Below, in pieces: positions 49,221-61,544 of a stretch of 64,000 nucleotides of DNA; within the stretch, counting starts at the first letter, position 1; the number at the start of each line of letters is the position of its first letter. The DNA comes from Malacoraja senta (Eukaryota). A program made the position numbers and the translations under genes. The stretch spans positions 5,146,001 through 5,210,000 of the forward strand of contig CM075989.1 in NCBI GenBank assembly GCA_038087875.1. Direction: 5' to 3'. Under the pieces are notes generated by a model. That model was given only the letters and a program-made list of their open reading frames with translations, had not been told where the DNA came from and made no database searches.

Positions 49221-50964
49221 GAGAGCCTTGTTTGCATGTCCAAAATGGGCGTAAAATGCATTGTTCATCCGGTGAGGATGCCTCGTTACCAAAGAGTAAT
49301 ATTTTTGGAAATATTATAGATAAGGAAGTGCTGTGGATGCCGTTGGTTGACAATTACATGCCTCGAATACACAAAAAAAACAATCCCTGAACATGTACAG
49401 AGTGGCACGGTGATGCAGCGCTAGAGTTGCTGCCATTCAGCACCAGGGACCCAGGTTCAATCCTGACGACAGGTGCTGTCTGTACGGAGTTTGTACGTTC
49501 TCCCCATGATCACATGGGTTTCCCCTGGGTGTTCCTGTTTCTTCCCACACTCAAAATATGTACAGGTTGGTTGGTTAATTGGCTTTGGTAAAAATTGTAA
49601 ATTGACCCTCGTGGAGGATAATGTATGGGATAGAGTATGGGAATCGCTGGTCAGTGCAACTCGGTGGGCCGAAGGGCCTGTTTCCGCGGTGTTTCTCTAA
49701 ACTAAACGAAACTAAACAAAGTACACTCCAGTAAATATTGTTAACAACTACTAAATCGAGAGCCAACTGCAACATTCAACTACAAGTTTAATCCAATTTC
49801 CATTTTGAATTATATTTAAACTTCCAATTTGTTTCCAACTTCAGTTGCAAATTCATTTTAATTTCAATTTCAAAACTAAATACAAATTTCCATTTCAAAT
49901 GTCATTGTTATTGAATTCTCTATCTGGACAGCCAGGCTACTTGGAGACACCAGTGAGTGCTGTGGCATAGATTTATGAGAAAGTCTGGACTGAGAACTGA
50001 GTGGAGACTGTTGGAGAACCTTATGGGCGACAGGTGTGGGGTCGCGAACCATTGTTGCCATTTAGCATCGTTGCGCCCTCGCAAGGACAGATCTTTCTCT
50101 TTTACCTATAATTATCATAATGAACAGGTAAGTCTTGCTGTTGCCACCCTTTGGCAGCATGTTAGGGTAATAATTTGCTCCACGCTGGGGTTAAGTGGTC
50201 AGGAGGCAGGCCTGGATTGATGCATCTCAGCCTGTTACTGAAGACGCAGCTACACTGGGGAAATAAACACAGTAAGAACAGAGACACTTCATGACACTGC
50301 AGGTTAGGCGATGAGACACACAGATTATGAACTTTTGTTTCCCATTCTCCACTTATTTACTTGACGCATTGATTAATTAAATAACCCTCCATGTTATTAC
50401 ACAAGATTCTGTGTTTAAAAAAAAAAGACATATTTTTATTGTGGTAATTGTATATCAGTAACTTTGACAATAATTCATTGATCTGGTTATTAAATATAAG
50501 AAAATGTTGCAGACAATTAGAGCCATTGTCACATGGCATGGAAACCCTTCGGCACAACTATTCCACGCCGACCAATTGAGCTGGTCCCATTTGTCCACAT
50601 TTGGCTCTTATGCGTCTAAACCTTTCCTATCCATGTATCCAATTGACATTTATACACCGTGATAGTACCTGGCTCAACTACCTCTTCTGGCAGCTTGCTC
50701 CATTTACCTACCACCCTCTGAGTGAAAAAGTTGCCCCTCAGGTTCGTGTGAAATCTTGCCCCTCTCACCTTAGGCCTATGCTCTCAGGTTTTTGATTCTC
50801 CTGCCCTGGATAGGACTCTGTGCAGTTACCAATCAATACCCCTCATGATTTTATACACCTTTATAAATAAGATCATCCTTCAGCTTTCTGTGCTCCAAGG
50901 AATAAAGTCCTAGTCTGCCCAAACTCTCCCCATAGCTCAGACCTTCAAGATCCCACTGAAAAAA

Positions 50965-51597
50965 ACCCCATCCCCTCCCCAGGTACTTTCCCCTGCAACT
51001 GCAGGAGATGCAACACCTGTTCCTTTACCTCCCCCCTCGACTCCATCCAAGGACCCCGACACTTTTCAGGTGAGGCAGAGGTTCACTCGCACCTCCTCCA
51101 ACCTCATCTACTGTATCCGCTGTTCCAGGTGTCAACTCTTGTACATCGGCGAGACCAAGCGCCAGCTCAGCGATCGTTTCTCCGAACACCTCCACTCAGT
51201 CCGCCTAAACCTACCTGATCTCCCGGTTGCTCAACACTTTAACTCCCCTTCCCATTCCCAATCTGACCTTTCTGTCCTGGGCCTCCTCCATTGTCAGAGT
51301 GAGGCCCAGCACAAATTGGATGAACAGCACCTCATATTTTGCTTGGGTAGCTTACACCCCAGCGGTATGAATATTGACTTCTCTAACTTCAAATAGCCCT
51401 TGCTTTTCCTCTCTCTCCATCCCCTCCCCCTTCCCAGTTCTCCCACCAGTCTTACTGTCTCCGACTACATTCTATCTCTGTCCCGCCCACTCCCCTGATA
51501 TCAGTCTGAAGAAGGATCGCGACCCGAAAAATCAATCAATCCTTCTGTCCTGAGATGCTGCCTGTCCCGCTGAGTTACTCCAGCATTTTGTGTCTCC
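50965..51597 (+). mobile_element. Penelope-like (Neptune-type) element 3' part: Cys-rich linker + GIY-YIG endonuclease + tail
   Basis: PGTFPCNCRRCNTC, then ORF 51070-51396 SSNLIYCIRCSRCQLLYIGETKRQLSDRFSEH...VAQHFN...GMN; inserted in a CR1 fragment (ctcagacc.tcaag duplicated at the flanks). Confidence 0.92.
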
Positions 51598-52129
51598 CTC
51601 AGACCCTCAAGTCCTGGCAACATCTTCGTTAATCTTCTCTGCACTCTTTCCAGATTAATGACATCCTTCCTATTGCAGGGTGAACACAGTACTTCAAGTA
51701 TGGATACAAGGCAGCGCGGTGGCGCAGCGGTAGAGTTGCTGTCTTACAGCACCAGAGGCCTGGGCTCGATCCTGTCTACGGTTACTGTCTGTACGTAGTT
51801 TGTACATTCTCTCCGTGACCTGCGTGGGTTTTCTCCGGGAGCTCCGGTTTCCTCCCACACCCCAAAGGTGTACAGATTTGTAGGTTGATTGGCTTTGTTA
51901 AATTGTAAATTGTCCCCAGTGTGTAGGATAGTGTTAGTGTGCGGGGATCGCACTCAGTGAGCTGAGGACCTGTTTCCGCGCTGTATCTCTAAACGAGAAC
52001 TAAACTGAACTGACCTGCTGAGTTATTCCAACATTTTGTATCGAGCCTCTAACTCCAGGACAATCCAGAACGATAGAACGTAACTATGTTATTCCACTCA
52101 CTCCCTACACATTAGGAGCATTTTACTCA

Positions 52130-52736
52130 TACTAATATAATATAAGAGGAATTTCATTAGCCATACAGTCATACTAATAAATAGCAACAGAACACACAAA
52201 ATACATTTAAACAAAATGTTCAATCTCTTCCCTGAAGAAGGGTTTCGGCCCGAAACGTTACCTATTTCCTTCGCTCCATAGATGCTGCTGCACCCGCTGA
52301 GTTTCTCCAGCATTTTTGTGTACCCTCTTCCCTTCTTTGTCCACCAGCGGTCGGGGGCCTCTAACCTTCCATTGATGGGACGATCTTACTCCCGTAGCCG
52401 GCGGCGGGCCTCCTCGTCGGGGCGATCAAGCTCCTGCATCGGGGGGGAATCTGAGCTCCCCCTCGGCAGGCGATCTACCTCGGGTCGGGGCTAATCGAAC
52501 GTTGTGCGGTTTTGGAGCTTCCCGACCCGGTCTCTCCTGAGACTGCGAGCCCTTGATGCTAAAGTCCGCAGGCCGCGTTTGGAGCGTCGATCCCAGGCAA
52601 GGAATCGGCTCCGATGGTGAGTCCACTGCCCCGCGGTGGGGCTCAAAGTCAGTCCTGAGCAAGGCCTCCAGCTCCATGATGTTAGGCAGCAGAGTGACCG
52701 GAGATACGACCCGGAAAACAATCGCATCTCCGGCAA
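52130..52736 (-). mobile_element. GC-rich structured retroposon, truncated copy D (same subfamily as B), containing a Penelope-derived unit
   Basis: 52325-52736 aligns by eye with 25485-25895. Confidence 0.7.
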
Positions 52737-53704
52737 GCCAGAAGCCATTAACCTAAAAACCCACATGTCTTTGGGATGTGGGAGGAAACAGGAGCACCCA
52801 GAGGAAACCCACGCAGTTACAGGGAGAAAGTACAAACTCCACATAGACAGCACCTGAAGTCAAGATCAAAACTCGGGTCTCAGATGCTGTGAGGCAGCAG
52901 CTCTACCAGCTGGGCCACTGTGCCCTGGAGTGGAGGAGGTGCAAGTTTTTAATCTCTACTTCACATGAAAGTTTGGTTGGGTTCTTGGTTGGAGGCACGA
53001 CATTAAAGGATAATTGTTGCTTCTCTCATTCCCCAGTGAAGGGGGATCGTTGGTGGAGATGAAAGAACCGGCCACTTGCTTCTCTAAGATAGACACAAAG
53101 TGCTGGAGTTACTCAGCGGGACAGGCAGCATCTCCGGAGAGAAGGAATGGGTGACGTTTCGGGTCCCGAAACGTCACCCATTCCTTCTCTCCAGAGATGC
53201 TGCCTGTCCCGCTGAGTTACTCCAGCATTTTGTGTCTATCTTCGATTTAAACCAGCATCTGCAGTTCTTTCCTACACACTTGTTTCTCTATCCCAGTTCT
53301 GAAGAAAGGTCACTTTTCTTCCCATCAATGCTGCCTGACCGGCAGAATGTTTCCAAGTCAAGTCAAGTCAAGTTTATTCGTCACATACACATCCGAGATG
53401 TGCCGTGAAATGAAAAGTGGCAATGCTCACGGATTGTGCAAAAAAAAAAATAAACTACAAACAGAATGGAACAGAATAGTAAGATTAAACGAGAACTTAC
53501 CAGTTTGAAGTTTGATTTTTATTTTATGAGGAGTTACGTTGGTGATTACGTGAAGAAGACCCGTCAGGGCGAATGCGCGTCAATCTTCAAAGCAGCGGTA
53601 TGAAATCACAGACAACACCATAATTGAAGTAACATATTAAGATGATCAACATGAGAACTACCATTATGACCTTTTTTCTATGAGAGAGGGTTGGGCGTGG
53701 CGGG

Positions 53705-53816
53705 CACGTAATCACCAACGTAACTCCTCATAAAATAAAGATCAAACTTCAAACTGGTAAGTTCTCGTTTAATCTTACTATTTTACTTCGGAGTCACGTG
53801 AGTGACTACGTGAAGA
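53705..53816 (+). other. DIRS internal complementary region (ICR)
   Basis: 53705-53779 is the reverse complement of 53478-53552; 53780-53816 is the reverse complement of 58966-59002. Confidence 0.95.
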
Positions 53817-54028
53817 TTTTAAAGCTCTGTGATTTTTATGCCGCAGATCAAAATCCCGGCTTCTCACTGCATCGATTGACTCTGAGTATCATCAATAATG
53901 CTGTAAACATGACATTGCATATCATGCAAAAACAAAACAGTTTTATTTTTGGTCATAAAACAACCAATAAACCCTCTTAATGTAGGGGCAACAAACGAAA
54001 CAGAATTAAACAGTATTGAAAACAGACT

Positions 54029-54960
54029 TTAAACAATAGCAACAGCACTCAATATTGAGTTGGCAAACAGCCCTCCATCGGCAATCGGCCGATTGTAGTA
54101 TTGCTGAAACACAAGTTCATTTTTCCAACCTGTGGCTTTTAATATATGGTCGATGGGAACGTCCATCGCCCTGGCCACAGATGTTGCTACTGCGCTAGTG
54201 GAATGAGATGTAAACACATAAATGTTAATTCCTGCCTGAACCAACTCTTGCTTTAACCACCTTGAGATAGTCTGAACTGCCACTCTTTTATATTGGCTTC
54301 TTGTAACTGACAAATAATCCTGTTTCTTCTTGTCTTAAAGCCCTTGTGGCTTCAATGTAATGTAACAAATGTGTCCTTACACATAAACATGGAGCTGTAG
54401 GATATGCTGAGAAAACAATCTTAAATCCTGTCACACCTGGCCTGCTTTGTTTGAGCAGGTCATAAATATAAAACATAACATTCTCTGTAGTCACTTCCAT
54501 TCTATCAAACTGAAGTTTTTGCAAAGTCTGCACTCTCTGTGCTGACACCAATGCCATTAGCATAGCCAATCTCATGGTTAATTTTAACAAAGTTATAGAC
54601 GTGACAGGGACCGAATGACGAAGCATGTTAAGAACAACGCTTACATCCCAGATTACCATCTACCTAGGCTTAGTCGGTTTGGAATGAAAGATTCCTTTCA
54701 TCAACCTAGATATGAGAGGGTGAGAACCTATACTTCATGTCCGTGTACCTATTACAAGATATGCCGACAACGCACTTCTAGCTGTATTGATAGCACTATA
54801 GCTAAGACTCTCATCATAATAAAGTGTAGATAAACTCTAACACATTTTCAATAACTACAGTATCATATTGAATATTCTTTTCGACACAATATTGTTCCCA
54901 TTTTTTACATAAGTCATATACTGCTTTTGAGTACTCTTTCTCCAGGCTGCAGTGAGCAAG
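54029..54960 (-). pseudogene. DIRS tyrosine recombinase (frameshifted)
   Basis: WDVSVVL...LTMRLAMLMALVSAQRVQTL...LKQSRPG...LCV...LFVSYKKP / TISRWLK...FTSHSTSAVATS...ILKATGW...FQQYYNRPI; the HxxR Arg reads as Ser. Confidence 0.92.
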
Positions 54961-55099
54961 TCCTCGACCAATGTAAGGCATTCTTAAAAAACCTGCAAAT
55001 TAACAGATCAATATGATCACATAACGGATGAACTTAACGCGTTACTGGATGCTCCAGCAAATTCCTACTGTTTGGAATCAGCAAAAAGAGGTTGGATCG

Positions 55100-57620
55100 C
55101 TATCTGTAACATCAAAGGGAACCATGGTTGAATCGGGCAATTTGGTATCACCAAAACCCCTGAAGCGGCATCTTGCTTGATTTTCTCAAACACCGACCTA
55201 TGAGGCAGAATGGTGGGAAAATGTACACAAACATATCATCCCAATTTAGTGAAAAAGCATCAATTGCCACTGCCCCTGGATCTGGTTCCCATGAAACATA
55301 TTTTGGCCTTCCATATAGAAGTACTATGTTCTTGAACACATCCTGGTTCAACATCCACTCTGTATTATCACGGAATTTTCGTGAGCTGCCATCTGGTACT
55401 ACATTAAGTTTCCCAGGCAGATAGATAGCTCCAATCCAAATATCTCTATCCATACTCCAGGTCCAATTTTATTTGCCAACCTGTCACATGATAACAATTT
55501 GATTCCACCCATGTGATTCATATAAGCAACTGCTGTAGTGTGGTCTATTTTGCACTGCACATGCAAACTAGTTTAGTTAGTGCCATAAGCCTTGAGTCCA
55601 TAAATACTCTTGGTTAATTCCCCATGTTTGCAGAAGCAATGTCCATCTGTCTCCACAGCTGGATCTTGTATCAGTAGCACCCTACCCAAGTGCTCTGACA
55701 TCTGTCTGCAAAATCATGGAAGCTTGGTCCAATAACACTTTGGAACTACTAGTGGACACATGCTGAATCCACCATTGTACATCAGCAACAGCCTCTATTA
55801 ATAGAAACATAGGTCTATTATAATGACCCTAATGTATCCTCAGTGCTTGTTCCTTTGACCTTTGTAATTGTAGATAATGAAGTGGCCACTATTGAACTGC
55901 TGGAAATGCTGCCAGCAATTTCCCCAGCAGACTCGTCACCTGGCTAATTGAAGGCTGTGTGTCAGCAATTAACTTGATACAGCTCTTAATTAGCTCTACC
56001 CTTTTTTGCCTGGGCAAGGTCACAATCATGTTGATTAAGTCTATTGTGAACCCAACTAGTCAATTTGTGTCACAGGTATTAATTTAGATTTCTCTGGATA
56101 GCTTATGAAGCCCAATTTAAAAAAAATGGTTTTTACCAACTGCCACTGATGCTTCAGCTGTTTCCTTTGATTGTCCTACAACCAAGATATTATCTAGTTA
56201 AGCCATGAGCACATGCCCTTGACTTCTCATCATGCCTAGAATAAGTTTTAACAACTTTGTAATCACTCTAGGAGCTGAAGACAAACCATTGGGCAGTGCA
56301 TTGTATTGACATAATTGCCCCATCCAGCTGAATTTTAAATCTTCTATCCTGCAAATGAACAGACACTGAATCCGCATCTTTAAGATCTCCTTCACAAACG
56401 TTTCCATCTTAAAATGTCTATACCGTACAAAAGGGTTAAGCCTATTCAGGTCCAGTATAATTCTGCATCCCCCATCCTTTTTTGGTCTGGGAAAGGTCTG
56501 GTTTTGGTCTGGGAAAGAGGGTAGGGGGCGCTGCTCTGGGCAGCGGCCATGTCAGCAGCGTGTTAGTTTTTTCAACTTTTTTTATTTTTTAGTATGTTTT
56601 AAAGTGTGTATTTAATGTTTCTTTGTGTGTCTTGTGTGGGGGGTGGTGTGGGGGGGTAAGGGGGAAACCGCTTCGGTCGCCTCCTCCATGGAGAGGCGAC
56701 TTTTTCCAGGTCGCCTCCCCCATGGCCTAACATCAAGGATCGGCGCGGCCTTTCCTGGAGACGCGCCCGGGGCTTCAGCGGCGGGCGCAGCGTGGACTCT
56801 CGGCGTGGAGCGGGTGAGCCCTCGCTGGGGCTCGCTGGAGGGGAGCACTCCGTTTCGCTGGCCCGCGGCAGCCGGCAGCCTGAAGTCGCAGCCTGAAGTC
56901 ATGGTCTGCAGAGCTCCAGCTGGTGTGGCGTCTACAGCAAGGGATCCCTCGTGGGGGACCCGGGGGAAGAAGAAGAAGCCATCACTGCCGGCCCGCGGCC
57001 AACTTCTACCGCGGGGCCGGCATGGACTTACCAACACCTCTGCAAGGGAGCTTCGACCGCCGGCCCTGCTGTCTACGGTGCTTCTGGCTGCGGCGGAGAC
57101 TTTATATCTCGACAGCCAGCTTGCGGCCTACAACAACTTAAAGCCGCGGTCTCCGGTGAGGAAGAGCCGATCCTGGACTGACTCTGGCTCTGGTCCTGTC
57201 CACGGAGGGGAAATAGAGGAGGATTGGCCAAATGTTTGTGCCTTCCACCACAGTGTTGAATGCTGTGGTGGATGTTTGTGTTACATTTTTTATTGTGGTT
57301 GTGTGTTCTTATTATTGTATCGCTGCTGACAACCCAAAATTCCACCAGCTTGGCTGTGTGGTCATTAAAATACTATACTATACTATACTATACTATACTA
57401 TATTGGACACAAACTGATGGCTTTGGTAAACTGCCTTAGCAATTACACCTTTATTACATAAGCTTGCAAGTTCCACCTGAACTTCCAATTGTTCAGTGAT
57501 ACTGAAGTCCAACTCCTTTTTGGAACATGTTGCATGGGTAAATCAGAATTTGCATTAAGCTTTATTCGGTACCCTTCAATAACCTTCAGTATAAACATAT
57601 CTGAGGTAAACATTTAATTG
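55100..57620 (-). pseudogene. DIRS RT / RNase H / methyltransferase-like ORF (stops, frameshifts, one insertion)
   Basis: RPKKDGGCRIILDLNRLNPFVRYRHFKMET, YNALPNGLSSAPRVITKLLK, A*LDNIL (dead YLDD), QTDVRALG*GA (RNase H), YLPGKLNVVPD, YVSWEPDPGAVAIDAFSLNW...YIFPPF (MT-like). Confidence 0.9.
56522..57402 (+). mobile_element. GC-rich structured non-autonomous retroposon, copy F, inserted in the DIRS RT
   Basis: Head GGGGCGCT, T-tract, G-run, hairpins 56690-56720 and ~57243-57272, (TACTA)n tail; RT frame resumes on either side. Confidence 0.75.
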
Positions 57621-58822
57621 TATCACATTAGATCTGTCTACATGAGAACCAGACCCACTTACCTCCTTACCACCTGGCATTCTTCCCCGGCCTCGAGCTG
57701 GATATCTCACCTTCCCTGGCGCTGCTACAGCCGAACGCCAACTGCGCTGCATCGTAGCTGGACTCGTCCCTTGCCCGGACCAGTCTCCTCGCTTATAGGG
57801 ATACTTCCACTTTGGTGGATATGTGGCTGCTGGCTGCTTAATCAAGCCCACCGTCTTGGCCTCCTCCTCCAGCTCCTTCACCTGCTTTGCGAAATCCTCG
57901 CCAAACAGCTGTGCCGGTTGCACAGTGCCAGGCTGGCAGAGTGAAGCATATTTAGGGTTGATGGTTGGTCTAAACGCAGTCTTGCGGAGGCAGTTAATCT
58001 CAAAGTGGGCACTCCACAATAGCGTCCCACATTTGTTGTAATTTTGTCATTGGCCTCTCCATCCACCATCTTGGGCAAAGCTCGTTATGCCAGATGCCAG
58101 CAACTTTAAAAATATGCTGGAGCTTCACCTCCTCCTGGGCTCTCATTTGTATGCCCATCTTGCCCCCAAATCTTCCTTACTGTCTCATCCATTGTCAGCT
58201 CCTGTAGCTGATGTGAGACTTGGTAATTTATGCTGGTGGCAAGTTCCTCACCCAGAGGCTCACCAGCGTCCGACGACATGGCAAACTGTGCTGCACACGG
58301 TGTCAGCTCTGGCCGCTGCATGCCCTCCCTTTGGAAATCGTCGTCGGACTTAGGGTCAGAGCATATCTGCCCTTCTGCACTAACCTCTTGCAAAGAGGGT
58401 GCTTTCAAGCAGGCCTCTCTTAGGCACTGCCGGCGGAGCCGTCCCCACAGCCTCCCGCCTGCACAACTCCTCCTGGAGTGTGGCTTTGTGGAGCAGACCC
58501 TGTATGAGCTGCTCCTTTTGGATAACCGCTGGGGCACGGTATCCTGTCCCCGACGGGACTCTCCTGGCCCGACTCTGCGGAGTCAATGGGCCTGACAGAC
58601 TTGGCTTATGCCTACCGCCCGACTGGCATTGGCTGTGTACCCGGCTGGGCACTTTTCCAAGTCTGTCGCCGCACCGCTAACGGCTTGCGACTCCCCAGAG
58701 GTGACAGGCTGCCTTTCAGAGACTGCGCTCCCGCAGCTCTCTCTCTCCTTGTCCGTAGCACGCCTGAACCTTGATGATTTTTTACTTGTTCCTGTATTGT
58801 GGGGAAAAACATACAGCAACAA
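57576..58822 (-). pseudogene. DIRS ORF1 (gag-like), fragmented
   Basis: Minus ORFs 57576-58019 (SAHFEINCLRKTAFRPTINPKYASLC...LFGEDFAKQVKEL), 58106-58537 and 58583-58822 upstream of RT inside the element. Confidence 0.65.
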
Positions 58823-59002
58823 TTTTTCTACTTTTTTCTAACTCCTCCAAAGTCTCCCCGACGTTGGTGGAGCTGTAACTACTCACCTGCAGGAGGAGCT
58901 CCGTCTTCCTGCTGCCGGGCGCCAATGCGTCAGACGTAATGACGCGCATGCGCCCTGACGGGTCTTCTTCACGTAGTCATTCACGTGACTCCGAAGTAAA
59001 AT

Positions 59003-59395
59003 CACATATTCACATATTACATATTTGTGGGAGGAAAAAAGAAAAAAACAGCAATTTAAAAAGACACCACCCAACAGTAACTTGGTCCAGTAAAGTTAGT
59101 CCCTGGTGAGATAGGAGTTTACAGTCCTGATGGCCTCTGGGAATAAACTCCTTCTCATCCTCTCCGTTTACACAGCATGGCAACGGAGGCGTTTGCCTGA
59201 CCGTAGCCGCTGGAACAGCCCGTTGCTGGGGTGGAAGGGGTCTCCCATGATCTTTTGGCGTCTGGAGTTGCACCTTCTGATGTATAGTTCCTGCAGGGGG
59301 GCGAGTGTAGTTCCCATAGTGCGTTCGGCCGAACGCACTACTCTCTGCAGAACCTTCTTGTCCTGGGCAGAGCATTTTCTAATGTCCAAACATTT
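59003..59395 (-). mobile_element. Rex1/Babar 3' end; its tail lies at 53354-53474 on the other side of the DIRS
   Basis: CSAQDKKVLQRVVRSAERTMG..L..LQELYIRRC...DPFHPSNGLFQRLRSGKR; tail ...gtgacgaataaa(CTTGA)n. Confidence 0.85.
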
Positions 59396-59640
59396 TCTAA
59401 TGTTCCAGCATCTGCAGTTCTATTTATTTTTAACTTGCTTTTTTATTAAATAACTGAATATAAATTTCAGAGCAGCTATAATATGATTTGAACTCAATTT
59501 CCTTGATCATTGGTCTAAACTTCATCCAAAGACATAGTAATAGAGTCATACAGCATGGCAACAGGCTCTTCAGCCCAATTTGTCCATGCCGAGCAGGAAC
59601 CCCATTCCCTTGACTTCCTCCTCCATTGGGTCCCATACCA

Positions 59641-59961
59641 GGGCAGTCGCGCTGGCGCAGCGGTAGAGTTGCTGCCTTACAGCGAATGCAGCGCCGGAGA
59701 CCCAGGTTCAATCCCGACCACGGGTGCAGTCTGTACGGAGTTTGTACGTTCTCCCCATGACCTGCGTGGGTTTTCTCCGGGATCTTCGGTTTTCTCCCAC
59801 ATTCCAAAGACGTGCAGGTTTGTAGGTTAATTGGCTTGGTAAATGTAAAAATTGTCTCTAGTGGGTGTAGGATAGTGTTAATGTGCGGGGATCACTGGTC
59901 GGCGCGGGTCTGGTGGGCCGAAGGGCCTGTTTCCGTGCTGTATCTCTAAACTAAACTAAAC
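59641..59961 (+). mobile_element. V-SINE (HE1-like), full length
   Basis: A/B boxes, V-domain, CR1-type tail, (TAAAC)n. Confidence 0.9.
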
Positions 59962-60484
59962 CAGGATGCCCTGAGAATCGGCATTTTTTTCTTATACAAA
60001 AACCCAATAAACATTAAACAGCTTCTTTAATGCCACTCATTTGTTTTGAATGAAAAGCCTCTTGCATATGGACTCAGTGGGCTGCTCTGTACATTCTGTA
60101 CTGACCAGGGGCGATTCTGCCTATGTATGGGGTAGTCTTGCTGAGGTGTATGCAGAAACATGTATTTCACTGTACCTTATACACATGACAATAACCATTG
60201 AACCTACATGTGTTTTGGCCCATTTCCCTCTAACCCTTTCATAGAGTCATAGAGTCATACAGTGTGGAAACAGGCCCTTTGGCCCAACCTGCCCACGCTG
60301 ACCAACATGTCCCATCTACAGTCCCACCTGCCTGCATTTGGCCCACATCACTATTAACCTATCCTGTCCATATACCTGTCAAATGGCTTTAGTCACTAAA
60401 ATATTGTATCTGCTTTGCCTGAGCATTGTCAGAAACACCACTGCTCCTCTTTGTGCTGTCCACTGGACCATATACACATCCTAC

Positions 60485-60647
60485 GAGCAGATGGGACCTC
60501 AATTTTACGTCTCATCTGAAAGATGTCACTCCTGAAAGTGCATCGTTCTCTCTATATCACCTGTAACTTAGTGACTGTCTGGACAATGCGCTCAACTCCT
60601 TGGGTGTGCAGTTAAACCTTCTGATGAGTTGCTTTCACCGAGCCAGG
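60485..60647 (-). mobile_element. Ancient DeuSINE-like fragment (SacSINE1/AmnSINE-related)
   Basis: cctcaattttacgtctcatctgaaagatgtcactcctgaaagtgcatc...gctcaac...aaccttctga...ccgagcca resembles the reverse complement of the recalled DeuSINE head. Confidence 0.5.
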
Positions 60648-61544
60648 TTAGGGGTAATGCCACTGAGTTCAAATTTAATGGTGCAATTGTTTCCTGACTA
60701 AAATCAAGCAACACAGGCTATGAATAAAACCTCAACCCCTCCAGGCCTGCAAGGTTCAAATCTTTACTGGTTTGTCAAAGTTGACTTCTCCTTGGTTTAA
60801 TGCACGGATACCAATGCTGCTTTTCTTCATGCCCAAGTTATACTTTCCCCTCCCCTGGTCGTTTCTCTAATGATATATGTTCACGAAGCCCACAGCATGG
60901 AAATAATGATCATTCAAGCTTAGAATAAGATGTTTTCTCTCTGAGTTTCTTCACACATAAATCACTGGAGTGGAAGGTGGGCGAGTGATGGCCTGTGATT
61001 TATTCATGTTTCTTTTAAGGCACTTTGTCGGTGGTGTCCGGGAGAGCTCTGGCCCCATTACATCAAGTTCACTTCAATGAACAGTCCAACATGGCTTGAA
61101 GCACTAGCTTTCACTGCATTAGGCAAATGGTCGCTTGATCCAACAGCGCAGAGTACAATAATGAGTGGTTTCAGTGCGATTAGCTGGCAAACTTGAAATT
61201 GCTTTTTTTTTTCCATCCCACTATTTTAAGTACAGGGTATAATCAGCATTATACATGGCCTGTAGGCAAGTTGTAGAACAAGGCCGGGGCTGTGGCAGGG
61301 ACTCACTGTTGTAGGGGCTGCTCGATAAATTGGAATCTTTTTTTTCCAATTGTTCGTGAATTGAAAGTCATATGATTGTCCCATGATAAATCATCAAGCC
61401 CACAAATGTATCAGTTGATTATTCTCAACTGGCATTTATATAGTTGCGATTAAACACACACAAGGTGTTTCACAAGGGCCCAGTGAAAAGAGGAACTGCT
61501 CGAGAGAAAAGAATGTAGATCAAATCCTATTATCAGTTCAGTTC

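Larger units (their letters stand above)
53475..59002 (-). mobile_element. DIRS1-type tyrosine-recombinase retrotransposon, full structure, decayed ORFs
   Basis: Inverted termini (53547-53582 vs 58940-58975, 35/36 match); internal complementary region 53705-53816 reproducing the 3'-end/5'-end junction; AAT at both borders; gag-RT-RNaseH-MT-YR order on the minus strand. Confidence 0.95.

Noticed and set aside
49930..50133. Possible plus-strand exon ending at CAG|GTAAGT (~50127)
   Set aside because: Good donor in unique sequence, but no recognisable peptide or partner exons; cannot be supported without transcript data.
56612..57345. 234-aa and other ORFs in the GC-rich family (also 27029-27588, 41939-42589)
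   Set aside because: Stop-poor GC-rich sequence; frames and peptides are not conserved between copies.
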